From Bdellovibrionales bacterium (GTDB lineage Bacteria; Bdellovibrionota; Bdellovibrionia; Bdellovibrionales; UBA1609): a stretch of DNA of 64,000 bases. The translations under genes were made by a program, and so were the position numbers. The stretch spans positions 1 through 64,000 of the forward strand of contig JAWLHR010000017.1 in the NCBI GenBank assembly GCA_041690295.1, read 5' to 3'. The notes under the pieces are model-generated. The model was not told where the DNA came from, made no database searches, and saw only the letters and a program-made list of their open reading frames with translations. Of the stretch, positions 46,753 through 57,319 are shown piece after piece. Every line of letters starts with the position of its first letter. Within the stretch, counting starts at the first letter, position 1.

Positions 46753-48297
46753 ATGAAATCAATTCGATCCACATTAGGCGCGATCATCGCGTTTTTCACC
46801 ATGTCTCAAGCGTTGGCGCAAACACCGGCGGTGCCGCTGACCCAACCGGTGCAGTGTCCCAGCATTGGCGACGAGTTCAATAAACTTTTGGGCCGTCTGG
46901 AATCCATCAAAACAAAAATCAAAAAAACCGCCAATTGTGAAAACGTCGATTTAACCGTGAAAAGCCTTGAGGACCTGCTCGTCAAGGATCGCGAGAAGTT
47001 TCTGGAAATCATTGAAATCGGCCGCACACAGCCTTTGAATGAAGAACAAACCAACCAAGTTCGTAAATACGCCGAAAACATCACTCTTAAAGTCACTTCG
47101 ATCTACGATCTTTTCACTCAAGCCAACAGCTGCTTTAACGACGGCGGATCCATCACTGATATTCAGCAACTTTCCGGATTCGTCAGCGAGGTTTCCCGCC
47201 TGGTGGCCGCCGTCAGTGGCCCGTGGGCGACACCCATTGCTTTGACCGGAACCGTGGTGGCCGGATTTTTGACCGGCATGGATAAGGCGCTCAAAGCCCG
47301 CGCCGGATTTGATTTCAGCACCCCGAGCGATTGGAAAAGCTATGTGCAAAACCTTTGCTCCTTCCACAACTACCGGGAGCAAATCGAACACCTTCTTGAT
47401 CCGGACAGGCGTATCCGCCAACTTTCCGACTTAAAAGCTCTTCTGAATGATCGGTTGAAACAAATGACCGGCGACTGCCCTGATTGCCGCCAGATTCAGG
47501 AGAACTTCAATTCCGAAATGCAGGTCACCGATCCCATGGTTCAAAGCGCCGACCGCAATCATGCGAAACCGCTCGGGACCTACACGCTTTATATGATGGG
47601 TCTGCGCGACTGGGCCGACTCCGAGATCAAGCGCGTCCAGTCGGAAGCTAAATCCTTTTGGGCTGACGTGACCGGCCGCCACTTGCTCTTTACCGCGCGC
47701 GATGAGCTGGAGCGATTCCTGGTGGATCGTGAAAGCCCGCGGTTTTTGAATCACCAAACAAAAGTCACACTTGAATCGTTCAAACAGCTCAATCTCATGG
47801 CTCATGCCGAGGGCCGTAACCTTTACTATCAAATTCGCGCTTTGAACCCTCAGGCCGTTGGCGAGGTGGGATACTTTCCGCAGTATCTTGATTACTTCAA
47901 CGTGCTAGTTCTTCAACCCATCCGCTGGGAACTCTTGCCTAAGTCAGCGGACATTACGGACCTGCAATACGCTTGGACGCACTATCGTGACCGCAATGTG
48001 AACCGGATCCGCGCGACGGAAAGTTCGGTCTTCGTCAGCCAGGCATTTTGCGAGTTCTTCCGTCACGCGGGTTATTACACCTCGGCGATTCGCAGCGCCT
48101 GCACGTCGACGGCTTTGAGAAACCAAGCCAGCCAGATCGCCGACTTGGGTGAACAGTTGTTGGCGGCGGGTGTCGTGGGTCAGCCTTCGCCGATTGATCC
48201 GAATGTGTTCAATCCCGGAGCGGGTTCCGACGAGAAAATCCCCCGAACCAAGCTGGAAAGCCTCAACCTTTTAGTTGAGCAAATGACAGCGCGATAA
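46753..48297 (+). CDS. Secreted alpha-helical hypothetical protein
   Basis: Signal peptide ending QALA; SD GGGGGA; paired Cys; one internal hydrophobic segment. Confidence 0.75.
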   Translation: MKSIRSTLGAIIAFFTMSQALAQTPAVPLTQPVQCPSIGDEFNKLLGRLESIKTKIKKTANCENVDLTVKSLEDLLVKDREKFLEIIEIGRTQPLNEEQTNQVRKYAENITLKVTSIYDLFTQANSCFNDGGSITDIQQLSGFVSEVSRLVAAVSGPWATPIALTGTVVAGFLTGMDKALKARAGFDFSTPSDWKSYVQNLCSFHNYREQIEHLLDPDRRIRQLSDLKALLNDRLKQMTGDCPDCRQIQENFNSEMQVTDPMVQSADRNHAKPLGTYTLYMMGLRDWADSEIKRVQSEAKSFWADVTGRHLLFTARDELERFLVDRESPRFLNHQTKVTLESFKQLNLMAHAEGRNLYYQIRALNPQAVGEVGYFPQYLDYFNVLVLQPIRWELLPKSADITDLQYAWTHYRDRNVNRIRATESSVFVSQAFCEFFRHAGYYTSAIRSACTSTALRNQASQIADLGEQLLAAGVVGQPSPIDPNVFNPGAGSDEKIPRTKLESLNLLVEQMTAR

Positions 48298-49309
48298 TCT
48301 GCGAAGCGATCTGTCCGAACTGATCGACGTAGTACAGTTCTTTGGCGTCCCGCTCTTTCATACGAAGACTGGTGACGCCAAAGAATTTTCCCGTCAGAAA
48401 AATCGGAAACACCGCGATCGTCTCGAATTTCTTATTTGATATGAGATCCCTAACCGGAGCCATCAGTTTTGACGTCGGCACATGCGGAACGATGACTGCT
48501 TTCAAACTGCGCATGGCTTCAATGACTTCCGGATACTGTTTTAACTGGATTTTAAGATTGCGGACCTTCGGATCGTCATTGGACGCCAGAACCACGCCTG
48601 TGTTCTCATCCTTACACTGAATGAATGAGCAACGTTCCGCTTTGGTTTTTAAACTGACCATTCTCATCAGATTGAAGAGGTTGTCTTCCGGCTTGCGGTG
48701 ATCCATCGCCTGCTTCAGGAACAAGTTCATCAGGTGCAGTTCTTTGATCATGACTCTTGTGGTCGGATCCAGTTCCCGGGGGTTGAACTTTTCCGGGATG
48801 AACAATTCGCCGTTACGCAAAAAGGTGGGCTTGTCCTCAGGAGTTTCCTCGGCCTTCTTTGTTCCCGCTTTCGGCTTGGGAGCGGCCACCACCGGTTGAG
48901 GCTTCAAGGCCCGAAGGGCGTCTTCCAGTGAAAATGGTTTGATGATGAACGGACACGAAACCGACTTCGCCAGCTGCTCGGCTCCTTGCGCGTTCGATTG
49001 ACGTGCCATCAGAATCACTTTGGGTTTGATCAATCGGGTGGCGACGAATTTAAGCAAAGACGCGGCGTAAGACGGTGGAAGACTTAAATCCACGAAAATC
49101 GCATCCGGATGCCAATAATCGATGGCTTCCTTCGCTTGGGATACGTTCTGCGCGGTCTTAACCTCATAACCATGTTTGAGCAGGTAATCGCCCAAGCGAC
49201 GACACATGTGCGCGTCGTCGTCGGCCACAAGTATCCGTTCTTTGACAACGCTTTTTGGAGCCCCCTTCGGCGCCAGGTCCTTGAGCTTGAACTTTGTTTT
49301 TTGGCTCAC
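48263..49309 (-). CDS. Response regulator receiver plus GAF-like domain protein
   Basis: ILVADDD...FVDL...IKPF receiver; C-terminal IAVFPIF...FFGV GAF-like domain. Confidence 0.75.
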   Translation of the reverse strand: MSQKTKFKLKDLAPKGAPKSVVKERILVADDDAHMCRRLGDYLLKHGYEVKTAQNVSQAKEAIDYWHPDAIFVDLSLPPSYAASLLKFVATRLIKPKVILMARQSNAQGAEQLAKSVSCPFIIKPFSLEDALRALKPQPVVAAPKPKAGTKKAEETPEDKPTFLRNGELFIPEKFNPRELDPTTRVMIKELHLMNLFLKQAMDHRKPEDNLFNLMRMVSLKTKAERCSFIQCKDENTGVVLASNDDPKVRNLKIQLKQYPEVIEAMRSLKAVIVPHVPTSKLMAPVRDLISNKKFETIAVFPIFLTGKFFGVTSLRMKERDAKELYYVDQFGQIASQIIALSFAQLKG

Positions 49310-49330
49310 GTTAATAGACTAGTGCACAAA

Positions 49331-49843
49331 TCACCGATTGGATACTGGACCATTGAGCTGTTCATGGCGGATCAAGAATTCTTTATTGCGAACTCCACCA
49401 CCAAAACCGCTCAAAGCACCGGACGTGGCGATAACTCGATGACAAGGCACAACGATGGCGATTGGGTTTTTTGAATTCGCTGTTCCCACGGCACGAGCGG
49501 ACTGAGGGCAACCGATACGCCGAGCCTGCTCTTTGTAGCTGATGGTTGTTCCAAACGGAATACCCCGCAGTGCTTCCCATACTTTCATCTGAAACTGGGT
49601 TCCGCTGGGCGAAAGGGGAAGAGAAAATTCTTTGCGGCGGCCACTGAAGTACTCTTTCAGTTGTTGAACAGCCATTTTCAGCACGGGGTGATTGGGATTC
49701 TTGCGTAAAGAGTTATAACTTTTTTTATCCAGTTCGCGCGGCCATTGGACGGCGTGCAACCCAGCATCCGATGCCACCAGCACCAGTTTCCCTACGGGTG
49801 TTTCGATTTCGGTCCATTGAGAATCGGCTGGGAATTTGTCCAT
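49331..49843 (-). CDS. ogt: Methylated-DNA--protein-cysteine methyltransferase
   Basis: GTQFQMKVW, ARAVG and VPCHRVI. Confidence 0.95.
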   Translation of the reverse strand: MDKFPADSQWTEIETPVGKLVLVASDAGLHAVQWPRELDKKSYNSLRKNPNHPVLKMAVQQLKEYFSGRRKEFSLPLSPSGTQFQMKVWEALRGIPFGTTISYKEQARRIGCPQSARAVGTANSKNPIAIVVPCHRVIATSGALSGFGGGVRNKEFLIRHEQLNGPVSNR

Positions 49844-49905
49844 TCGCTACTCCTGCCTTCGCCATTTACCACGTCGACAAGGGCAAGACCAGACGATCAC
49901 AAAAT

Positions 49906-49935
49906 AAAAAAAGCCGGGTTTTCACCCGGCTTTTT
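49906..49935 (-). terminator. Rho-independent (bidirectional-type) terminator after the FKBP gene
   Basis: AAAAAGCCGGGT-TTTC-ACCCGGCTTTTT. Confidence 0.85.
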
Positions 49936-49953
49936 CAAGCTTCAGCCTTGGAA

Positions 49954-50634
49954 TTATTTTTTCACTTCGATCAATTCAACGTCGAAGACCAAAACAGAGA
50001 ACGGGGGAATACCCGGTTGGGCCTGCGCGCCATATCCGAGTTCCGGCGGAATGTACAAACGATAAACTGAGCCCTCTTTCATGAGCTGCAAAGCTTCCTG
50101 CCATCCCTTGATGATACCGTTGAGCGGGAATTCAGCGGGCTGTCCACGGTCATGCGAAGAATCAAACTTCGCACCGGTGATCAAGGTACCGGTGTAATGC
50201 ACTTTCACCTTGTCCTTGAGCGTGGGCTTTTTACCCTTACCTTCCTTCATCACTTCATATTGGAGTCCGGAAGCCGTTGTTTTCACGGTGGGCTTGGCTT
50301 TGTTGCGCGCGAGAAATTCGGCGCCGATGGCTTTGTTCTTTTCCGCTTCCGCCATCATTTTCTGATTTGCGGCTTGTTGAAACGCCTGAATGGCTTTTTG
50401 TTGATCTTCAATCGAGATATCAGGTTTATCGCCTTTCAGTCCCTGCGTGACGGAGTAACCCACCACACGCGGGTCCAAGTCGATTCCCTGCGCTTTGATG
50501 TTTTTCGCGATGTTTTGGCCGATGGCGTAACTGACCTTTGCTTTGTCATCCTTGAGAGCGGGCTTGCGCTCACAACCAAGTTGCATAACGATCGTTACGG
50601 CCAAGGCGCCAATAAATACATGCTGCAATTTCAT
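49954..50634 (-). CDS. fkpA: FKBP-type peptidyl-prolyl isomerase (FkpA/Mip-like lipoprotein)
   Basis: SYAIG, TASGLQY, VHYTGTL, FDSS and IKGWQEAL. Confidence 0.9.
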   Translation of the reverse strand: MKLQHVFIGALAVTIVMQLGCERKPALKDDKAKVSYAIGQNIAKNIKAQGIDLDPRVVGYSVTQGLKGDKPDISIEDQQKAIQAFQQAANQKMMAEAEKNKAIGAEFLARNKAKPTVKTTASGLQYEVMKEGKGKKPTLKDKVKVHYTGTLITGAKFDSSHDRGQPAEFPLNGIIKGWQEALQLMKEGSVYRLYIPPELGYGAQAQPGIPPFSVLVFDVELIEVKK

Positions 50635-50719
50635 GAGAAGTCCTCCGTTTTTAACCCCAACTTAATTAGGAAACCGCATCAATATGGACCTGTCCATACT
50701 TTTCTCGCGGAAAGTCCAG

Positions 50720-52378
50720 TTAGGGTCCGGCGGGAAGATTATGGCGAATCACGCCTCGCTCTTTGGCCGTACGCCAAGCCGCCTCGTAACCCGCGTCACA
50801 GTGCCTGAACAAACCCATCGCCGGATCGGCGGTCAGCACTCGTTCCAATCGGCGATCGGCTTCGACACTTCCGTCGGCCACGATCACCTGTCCGGCATGG
50901 AGCGAATAGCCGATTCCCACTCCACCACCATGATGAAAGCTCACCCAGCTCGCACCGCACGCCGTATTCACCAAGGCGTTCAGAATCGGCCAATCGGCGA
51001 CCATATCAGTGCCGTCCTTCATCCCTTCGGTTTCCCGATTGGGCGAGGCCACCGAACCGCAGTCTAAATGATCGCGTCCAATGACAATCGGAGCTTTGAC
51101 CTTTCCTTCCCGAACCAGACGGTTGAAGGCGAGGCCGGCCTTCGCCCGTTCGCCGTACTCCAACCAACAAATGCGGGCCGGCAGACCTTGAAACGCAATT
51201 CGTTGTTCCGCCATATCAAGCCACCGCATCAGTGCGGTCTTTTCAGGAAACAGTTCGCGAATCGCATCGTCGGTGATTTTAATGTCCGCCGGGTCACCGC
51301 TTAAAGCCACCCAACGGAACGGACCGCTACCCAAACAAAAGAGGGGTCGGATGTATTCAGGTACGAATCCCGGAATATCAAACGCGTTCTCCACACCCGC
51401 ATCTTTAGCCATGGCGCGAATATTGTTCCCGTAATCAAACGTCACCGCCCCTTTTTTCTGCATGCTCAACATACCTTGTACATGCTTGGCCATACTGGCT
51501 TTGGCGCGACGGATATGTTCATTCGGATTTTTCTCGCGAAGAGCCGCCGCTTCTTCAAGCGACAATCCTTCGGGGATATATCCGCGCAGCGGATCGTGAG
51601 CCGATGTCTGATCGGTCAGAAGATCGGGAACAAATCCTTTTTCCAAAAGCTGATGAATCACGGTCGCCATATTGCCTAAGAGCGCCACCGAACGAGCCGT
51701 TCCCTCTTTTTTGTACTTCTGGACTCTCTGAATGGCGTCATCCAGATCGTTGGCCACCTCGTCCACGTATTTGGTTTCGAGACGACGCTGAATGCGCGTG
51801 GGATCGACTTCGACCGCCAACACACAAGCGCCCGCGAAGACACCCGCGAGCGGCTGAGCGCCGCCCATTCCACCAAGTCCAGCCGTCAAAATCACTTTGC
51901 CCTTGAGGCTGCCGCCAAAATGTCTGCGGCCCGCCTCCGCGAACGTTTCATAAGTGCCTTGAATGATTCCTTGGGTGCCGATGTAAATCCATGAACCAGC
52001 CGTCATTTGGCCGTACATCATCAAACCGCGCCGCTCAAGATCGTCAAAGACTTCCCAATTCGCCCAGTTTCCAACCAAATTCGAGTTGGCGATCAGCACT
52101 CTCGGCGCATCGGGGTGAGTTGTGACAACACCCACCGGCTTTCCCGATTGAACGAGAAGCGTTTCATCACTTTCCAGTTGTTTGAGGGCGTTCAGGATTC
52201 GATCAAAGCTCGGCCAATCGCGGGCCGCCTTCCCTCGGCCGCCATAAACCACCAGCTCTTCAGGTCGTTCGGCCACGGCCGGATCAAGGTTATTTTGAAT
52301 CATGCGGTAAGCGGCTTCCTGTAACCAACCTTTGCAGGTGAGTTTTGAACCTGTCGGGGCCTTGATCATTCTTAACAT
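50720..52378 (-). CDS. hutU: Urocanate hydratase
   Basis: [28 protein letters not shown] and GRDHLD. Confidence 0.97.
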   Translation of the reverse strand: MLRMIKAPTGSKLTCKGWLQEAAYRMIQNNLDPAVAERPEELVVYGGRGKAARDWPSFDRILNALKQLESDETLLVQSGKPVGVVTTHPDAPRVLIANSNLVGNWANWEVFDDLERRGLMMYGQMTAGSWIYIGTQGIIQGTYETFAEAGRRHFGGSLKGKVILTAGLGGMGGAQPLAGVFAGACVLAVEVDPTRIQRRLETKYVDEVANDLDDAIQRVQKYKKEGTARSVALLGNMATVIHQLLEKGFVPDLLTDQTSAHDPLRGYIPEGLSLEEAAALREKNPNEHIRRAKASMAKHVQGMLSMQKKGAVTFDYGNNIRAMAKDAGVENAFDIPGFVPEYIRPLFCLGSGPFRWVALSGDPADIKITDDAIRELFPEKTALMRWLDMAEQRIAFQGLPARICWLEYGERAKAGLAFNRLVREGKVKAPIVIGRDHLDCGSVASPNRETEGMKDGTDMVADWPILNALVNTACGASWVSFHHGGGVGIGYSLHAGQVIVADGSVEADRRLERVLTADPAMGLFRHCDAGYEAAWRTAKERGVIRHNLPAGP

Positions 52379-53898
52379 TCCAGTTCTCCTGCGGTCGTTT
52401 GAATCACACGCGTCAGTTCACCGGCGCGAATCAGATCACGAATCATCGCGACATCCTTCGCGAAAACCCGGTCTTCACGGGCGAAAGGAACTCTTTCACG
52501 CACAAGCTGGTAAGCGGCTTCGACCGTTCCAGCGGCGCTTAAGGGTTTTAACAAATCCAAAGCTTGAGTGGCGGCCAGGATTTCCATGGCCACGATGTTT
52601 TCAGCGTTTTTCGTGACCGATTGAAACTTCCTCGCCGCGATCAATCCCATGCTCACATGATCTTCCTTGTCGGCGGAGGTGGGGATACTGTCCACCGACG
52701 CGGGATGGGCGAGGATTTTGTTTTCACTCACCAAAGCCGCCGCCGCCACTTGCACGATCATGTGTCCGCTATTCAAACCGCCGTTGGGCGCCAAAAACGC
52801 CGGCAGTTCGGACATCGCCGGATTGATGAGCTTTTCAATTCGGCATTCGGAAATACTCGCCACCGCACTCATCGCGATCGCGGCGAAATCCAACGCGAAC
52901 GCCACGGGTTCGCCGTGAAAATTGCCACAGCTTAAGACTTTATCTTCTTCCGCGAAGACCAGTGGGTTATCGGTGCTGGCATTGGCTTCGGTTTCGAGCA
53001 CATTCACCACGTATTGAAGCGCATCTTTGGCGGCGCCGTGAACCGCGGGGATACAGCGGAGCGAGTAAGCGTCCTGCACTTTACTGCAGTCGGCATGGCT
53101 TTCAGCGATGGGCGAGGTGGGTCCAAGCATCTTGAGCATGTTGCGCGCGGTTTTAGCCTCGCCCGGGTGCGGGCGCGTGGCGGAAATCAGCGGATCAAAA
53201 GCTTTTCGTGAACCGCGCAAAGCTTCAAGCGACATGCAACCGGCCAAATCCATCACGGCCAAAAGACGGCGAGCCTCGTATGCCGCCAGCATTCCTACCG
53301 CCGTCATCACCTGACAGCCGTTAATGAGCGAAAGCCCTTCTTTCGCCTGAAGTTCAAGCGGCTGAATGTTTTTTTCTTTCAATACGGTTTTTGTGTCGAC
53401 GATTTGTCCGTTCCGCCAAACTTCACCTTCACCGATGAGCGCCAATGCCAGATGCGCTAACGGCGCCAGATCTCCCGAGGCGCCCACACTTCCCTGCTGG
53501 GGAATCACCGGAATGACGTCGGCATTTAAAAATTCCAAGATCTTGTCGATGACGATCTCGCGAACACCGCTATGTCCGCGAGCCAGAGCATTGGCCCGAA
53601 GGGCCATGATGGCCCGAGTTTGCTCCACGGAAAATGGCTCCCCCACGCCGGCGGAATGAGAACGAATCAAATTCTTTTGCAGTTGGATTAAATCCGCGTC
53701 CGAGATTCGCACATTGCTGAAGGCGCCAAATCCCGTATTCACGCCGTAAATGACTTCACCTTCATTGATTTTTTTCTCGATGAAGGAACGCGATCGGCGA
53801 ACATTTTCTCGGGCCGAATCAGCAAGTTCAATTCGAACATCGCCGCGACTGATCCGCCACACATCATTCAAATTTAAATCCGCGCCAGTCAGTTTCAT
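52372..53898 (-). CDS. hutH: Histidine ammonia-lyase
   Basis: [20 protein letters not shown] (MIO), QDAYSLRC and EDHVSMG. Confidence 0.97.
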   Translation of the reverse strand: MKLTGADLNLNDVWRISRGDVRIELADSARENVRRSRSFIEKKINEGEVIYGVNTGFGAFSNVRISDADLIQLQKNLIRSHSAGVGEPFSVEQTRAIMALRANALARGHSGVREIVIDKILEFLNADVIPVIPQQGSVGASGDLAPLAHLALALIGEGEVWRNGQIVDTKTVLKEKNIQPLELQAKEGLSLINGCQVMTAVGMLAAYEARRLLAVMDLAGCMSLEALRGSRKAFDPLISATRPHPGEAKTARNMLKMLGPTSPIAESHADCSKVQDAYSLRCIPAVHGAAKDALQYVVNVLETEANASTDNPLVFAEEDKVLSCGNFHGEPVAFALDFAAIAMSAVASISECRIEKLINPAMSELPAFLAPNGGLNSGHMIVQVAAAALVSENKILAHPASVDSIPTSADKEDHVSMGLIAARKFQSVTKNAENIVAMEILAATQALDLLKPLSAAGTVEAAYQLVRERVPFAREDRVFAKDVAMIRDLIRAGELTRVIQTTAGELEC

Positions 53899-54578
53899 TG
53901 TTTCGCCCCTTTCAGCTGGGCAATGGCTTTGGCGTAATCATTGGTAAAAACAAAATTGCCCGCCACCAGCACATCCGCGTTTTGAACCTGTTTGGCGGTC
54001 TCGGCATTGATCCCGCCATCCACTTCGATCAATGCTTTGGATCCCAGACGATCCAGCTCTTCGCGCAAAAAATCCACCTTAGCCACTTGATCGTGCATGA
54101 AGGATTGCCCGCCGAAGCCCGGCTCCACCGTCATCACCAGCACCAGATCCACCAGAGGTAAAAACGGGACCAAATCCGTGACCGGAGTCTTCGGACGCAA
54201 AGTGATTCCCGGCTTAACTCCCGCGGAACGAATTTGCTTTAAAACAGCTTCGGGGGATTCCGTGGCTTCCACGTGTATGGTCAGATAATCCGAGCCGGCC
54301 TTAGCGAAATCCTCAACGTAGCGTTCGGGTTTATCGATCATCAAATGCACATCGAGAGGAATTTTGGTGACCCGGCGTAAAGACTTCACCACCGGCGCGC
54401 CGATGGTCAAGTTGGGCACGAAGTGCCCGTCCATCACATCCACATGCACCCAATCGGCACCGGCTTCCTCCACGGCTTTGATCTCTTCTCCAAGGCGCGC
54501 GAAATCAGCGGATAAAATACTGGGTGCGACGAGAAAGCGCTTTTCAGACGGATAAGGATTCGGATTTCGATTGGCCAA
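53895..54578 (-). CDS. rpe: Ribulose-phosphate 3-epimerase
   Basis: APSILSADF, HVDVMDGHFVPN, MTVEPGFGGQ and EVDGG. Confidence 0.97.
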   Translation of the reverse strand: MANRNPNPYPSEKRFLVAPSILSADFARLGEEIKAVEEAGADWVHVDVMDGHFVPNLTIGAPVVKSLRRVTKIPLDVHLMIDKPERYVEDFAKAGSDYLTIHVEATESPEAVLKQIRSAGVKPGITLRPKTPVTDLVPFLPLVDLVLVMTVEPGFGGQSFMHDQVAKVDFLREELDRLGSKALIEVDGGINAETAKQVQNADVLVAGNFVFTNDYAKAIAQLKGAKQ

Positions 54579-55515
54579 AGATATCTCCCTCGCGCGCCGG
54601 ATATCCGCGCAGATACTCCGCGATGGGCATTTTCGCCCGCGATTCCGGCTGCACTTCCAGGAGTTCTAAACTGCCCTCAGAACAATTGATAATCAATGAT
54701 TTGTCAGTCACTTCGCTGACCTGCCCCGGGGCCATCGCCGCGGAGTGGCTCGAATGCACGCGTGTGCGATGAATTTTCAATATTTTTCCATTGCGCTCGG
54801 TTTGCGCCACAGGCGCCATGGCCAAGCCGCGAACCAGGTTGTGTATACGCGTGGCCGACCAAGTCCAATCGATGATGGCTTCCCGTTTATCGATCTTCGG
54901 CGCCAGCGTCACCTGGCTCTCATCCTGTGGCACGGGAGTCAGGTTTCCGCGCAGGTAATCCATCAAATCCACCGCGATCAGTTCGGCCCCTTTGATCCGG
55001 CATTGTTCATATACATCAAACGCGTTCATTTCCGGCTCGATCGGGAACTTGCGAACGCCGAGAATGGGACCCGCATCAAGTTTTTTCACCATGATCTGCA
55101 GGGAAACACCCGTCTCCTTATCGCCGGCCATTATGGCGCGTTGTATGGGCGCGGCGCCCCGCCAGCGCGGCAAGAGGGAGGCATGCACATTCACAACTTT
55201 TTGCGGAAACAGATTAAGAAACTCCTGTTTCACGATCTGACCATAAGCCACCACAACCGCCACTTCAGCCCGCAAAGAATGAACCGCTTCCAAAGCCTCG
55301 GGCGCATTGATCGAGTCCGGCGTCAACACCGGTATTCCGAGCGGCTTCGCCAACGCCTTCACCGGCGAGGGTTGAAATTCAAGTTTTCGACCGGCGGGAC
55401 GATCGGGCTGAGTCACCACACCCACCACTTCAAAATGGGGGTCCTTGATCATGGCCTCTAGGCAGTATCTGGCGATATCAGGAGTACCGAGGAAAACAGT
55501 GCGTATGCGGCTCAC
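54544..55515 (-). CDS. fmt: Methionyl-tRNA formyltransferase
   Basis: VVTQPDRPAGR, NVHASLLPRWRGAAPI and LDAG. Confidence 0.97.
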   Translation of the reverse strand: MSRIRTVFLGTPDIARYCLEAMIKDPHFEVVGVVTQPDRPAGRKLEFQPSPVKALAKPLGIPVLTPDSINAPEALEAVHSLRAEVAVVVAYGQIVKQEFLNLFPQKVVNVHASLLPRWRGAAPIQRAIMAGDKETGVSLQIMVKKLDAGPILGVRKFPIEPEMNAFDVYEQCRIKGAELIAVDLMDYLRGNLTPVPQDESQVTLAPKIDKREAIIDWTWSATRIHNLVRGLAMAPVAQTERNGKILKIHRTRVHSSHSAAMAPGQVSEVTDKSLIINCSEGSLELLEVQPESRAKMPIAEYLRGYPAREGDIFGQSKSESLSV

Positions 55516-56123
55516 AGACGATGTTCTTCTTTTTCCAGCAATTCGGCGACCTCTTCGTCATCCTGCGGATGACTGGGATCGGGATAACCGAATTTTTTAA
55601 TTTTGTTTTTGATTCGAATGGATTTGATCGGGCTCAGCCGGTCAATGAACAGTTTCCCGTCCAAGTGATCAATCTCGTGTTGCACACAGATCGCCAACAA
55701 TCCATCCACCGTGTACTGAATGGGCTTTCCGTCGATATCCAAACCCTTGAATTCGATGAGCTGATAACGCTCCACCGTTTCAAAATAGGTGGGGACGGAT
55801 AAACAACCTTCGTCGTACGTGGTTTTGCCTTCTTTACGAATAATTTCCGGATTGAAAATCACCAGCGGCTGCGGCACGGCCTGTTCGAGCTCGGTCATTT
55901 CTTCGATCTTGTAACGGCCGTTTTCGCGCGGACGGGTGTCCATCACCAAAAGACGGACTTGACGGTCCACTTGGGCCGCGGCCAAACCAATACCCTTGAA
56001 TGAGTACATGGTTTCGAGCATGTTTTGCGCCAATTCCCGCAATTCCGGCGTTATTTCCTTAACGGGTGCGCATTTCTTGCGCAAACGCGGATCGGGGAAT
56101 TTAAGAATTTCAAGCACTGCCAT
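55512..56123 (-). CDS. def: Peptide deformylase
   Basis: GIGLAAAQ, EGCLS and QHEIDHLDG. Confidence 0.97.
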   Translation of the reverse strand: MAVLEILKFPDPRLRKKCAPVKEITPELRELAQNMLETMYSFKGIGLAAAQVDRQVRLLVMDTRPRENGRYKIEEMTELEQAVPQPLVIFNPEIIRKEGKTTYDEGCLSVPTYFETVERYQLIEFKGLDIDGKPIQYTVDGLLAICVQHEIDHLDGKLFIDRLSPIKSIRIKNKIKKFGYPDPSHPQDDEEVAELLEKEEHRL

Positions 56124-56182
56124 ACCGCTTCAATTATACATTTAAAGTCAACTTTTAGCCAACGATATAAAACCTGAAAACG

Positions 56183-57262
56183 TTACCGTTTCAAGCGTTT
56201 AAGTAGGATTAGGGCGGCGGCGGCCATAGTGAGATTAGGGCCCCAGGCCGCAAGCCAGGGCGGCAGCACCGCGTGTTCACCGAGAGTCAGCCCCGAACTG
56301 TAAGCCACCCAATACAGGAACGCCAATGCCAAACAGATCCCCAAATTCACGAATATTCCACCTGATCGCGCGCGGGAGACACTGAACGGCAGACCCACCA
56401 TGGACATCACAAGGGCCGCGAACGCGAAGCCGAACTTGGCATGATAGGCGACCTCATACGGAAGCGTATTGAGTCCCGCCTCTTTATTGCGCTGAATGAA
56501 GCGGCCGAGTTCCTTGAAACTCATGATGTCCGTGGAATTCACGGTCGATTGAATGTCACGGAGATCCTCGTTCATGGAAACGGACTTCTCATCGAAGGAA
56601 CGGGTCAAAGGGAAACTGCTTTCCGCCGCGAACAGAGTCACAAGACCGTTTTTCAAATTCCATAAATTGCCATTCATCTCCACTTCATTGGCGGCGATCA
56701 ACTGGGTTAAATTCCAATCGGGATCAAAATAATAAAGGGTGATCCCCTGAGCTTTTTGTGTCTCCGGATTCAGGGTTTTGATGTTGAATAAAATGTTTTC
56801 CGTACGGAACCAGATTTTATTGGTTTTCACCGTGGAATAAAGGCCCGGCTTTTTCTTGATTTCGACGTACTCAACGTAGTTTTTCTTTTGCATGAGACGG
56901 GGTAAGACCTGATCCCCCACCGCGAACGCACCCACGGAAACAACAAAGACCGCGACCAAGATCGGGGCTGAAATCCGAAGAAGACTCATGCCGACCGAAA
57001 AGAGCGCGGTCAGCTCATTGTTTCGATTCAATGTCGCCAAGGTGAACAAGGTGGCCATCAAACAGGCGACCGGAATCAAGCGATACACCACCCAAGGCGT
57101 GTGATAGGCGAAGTACTTTAAAAGCGAACTTGGATCCGCGTCGCTATTCCGCATGGCAAACGACATCGCGTCCACGGTCAGGTAAAGGGTGGCGAAAACC
57201 GCGATACCTGCCACGAGATAAAGCACGAAAAGCTTTAGGATATATCGATCAATCAGCTGCAT
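56183..57262 (-). CDS. lptG: LPS export ABC transporter permease (LptF/LptG family)
   Basis: LIDRYI, NELTAL, periplasmic beta-jellyroll and PWLAAWGPN. Confidence 0.8.
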   Translation of the reverse strand: MQLIDRYILKLFVLYLVAGIAVFATLYLTVDAMSFAMRNSDADPSSLLKYFAYHTPWVVYRLIPVACLMATLFTLATLNRNNELTALFSVGMSLLRISAPILVAVFVVSVGAFAVGDQVLPRLMQKKNYVEYVEIKKKPGLYSTVKTNKIWFRTENILFNIKTLNPETQKAQGITLYYFDPDWNLTQLIAANEVEMNGNLWNLKNGLVTLFAAESSFPLTRSFDEKSVSMNEDLRDIQSTVNSTDIMSFKELGRFIQRNKEAGLNTLPYEVAYHAKFGFAFAALVMSMVGLPFSVSRARSGGIFVNLGICLALAFLYWVAYSSGLTLGEHAVLPPWLAAWGPNLTMAAAALILLKRLKR

Positions 57263-57319
57263 ATCGCTAGGCCACTTTACTTGCTTGACGATTAATCACA
57301 AAACGATTTCAATGAGTCT

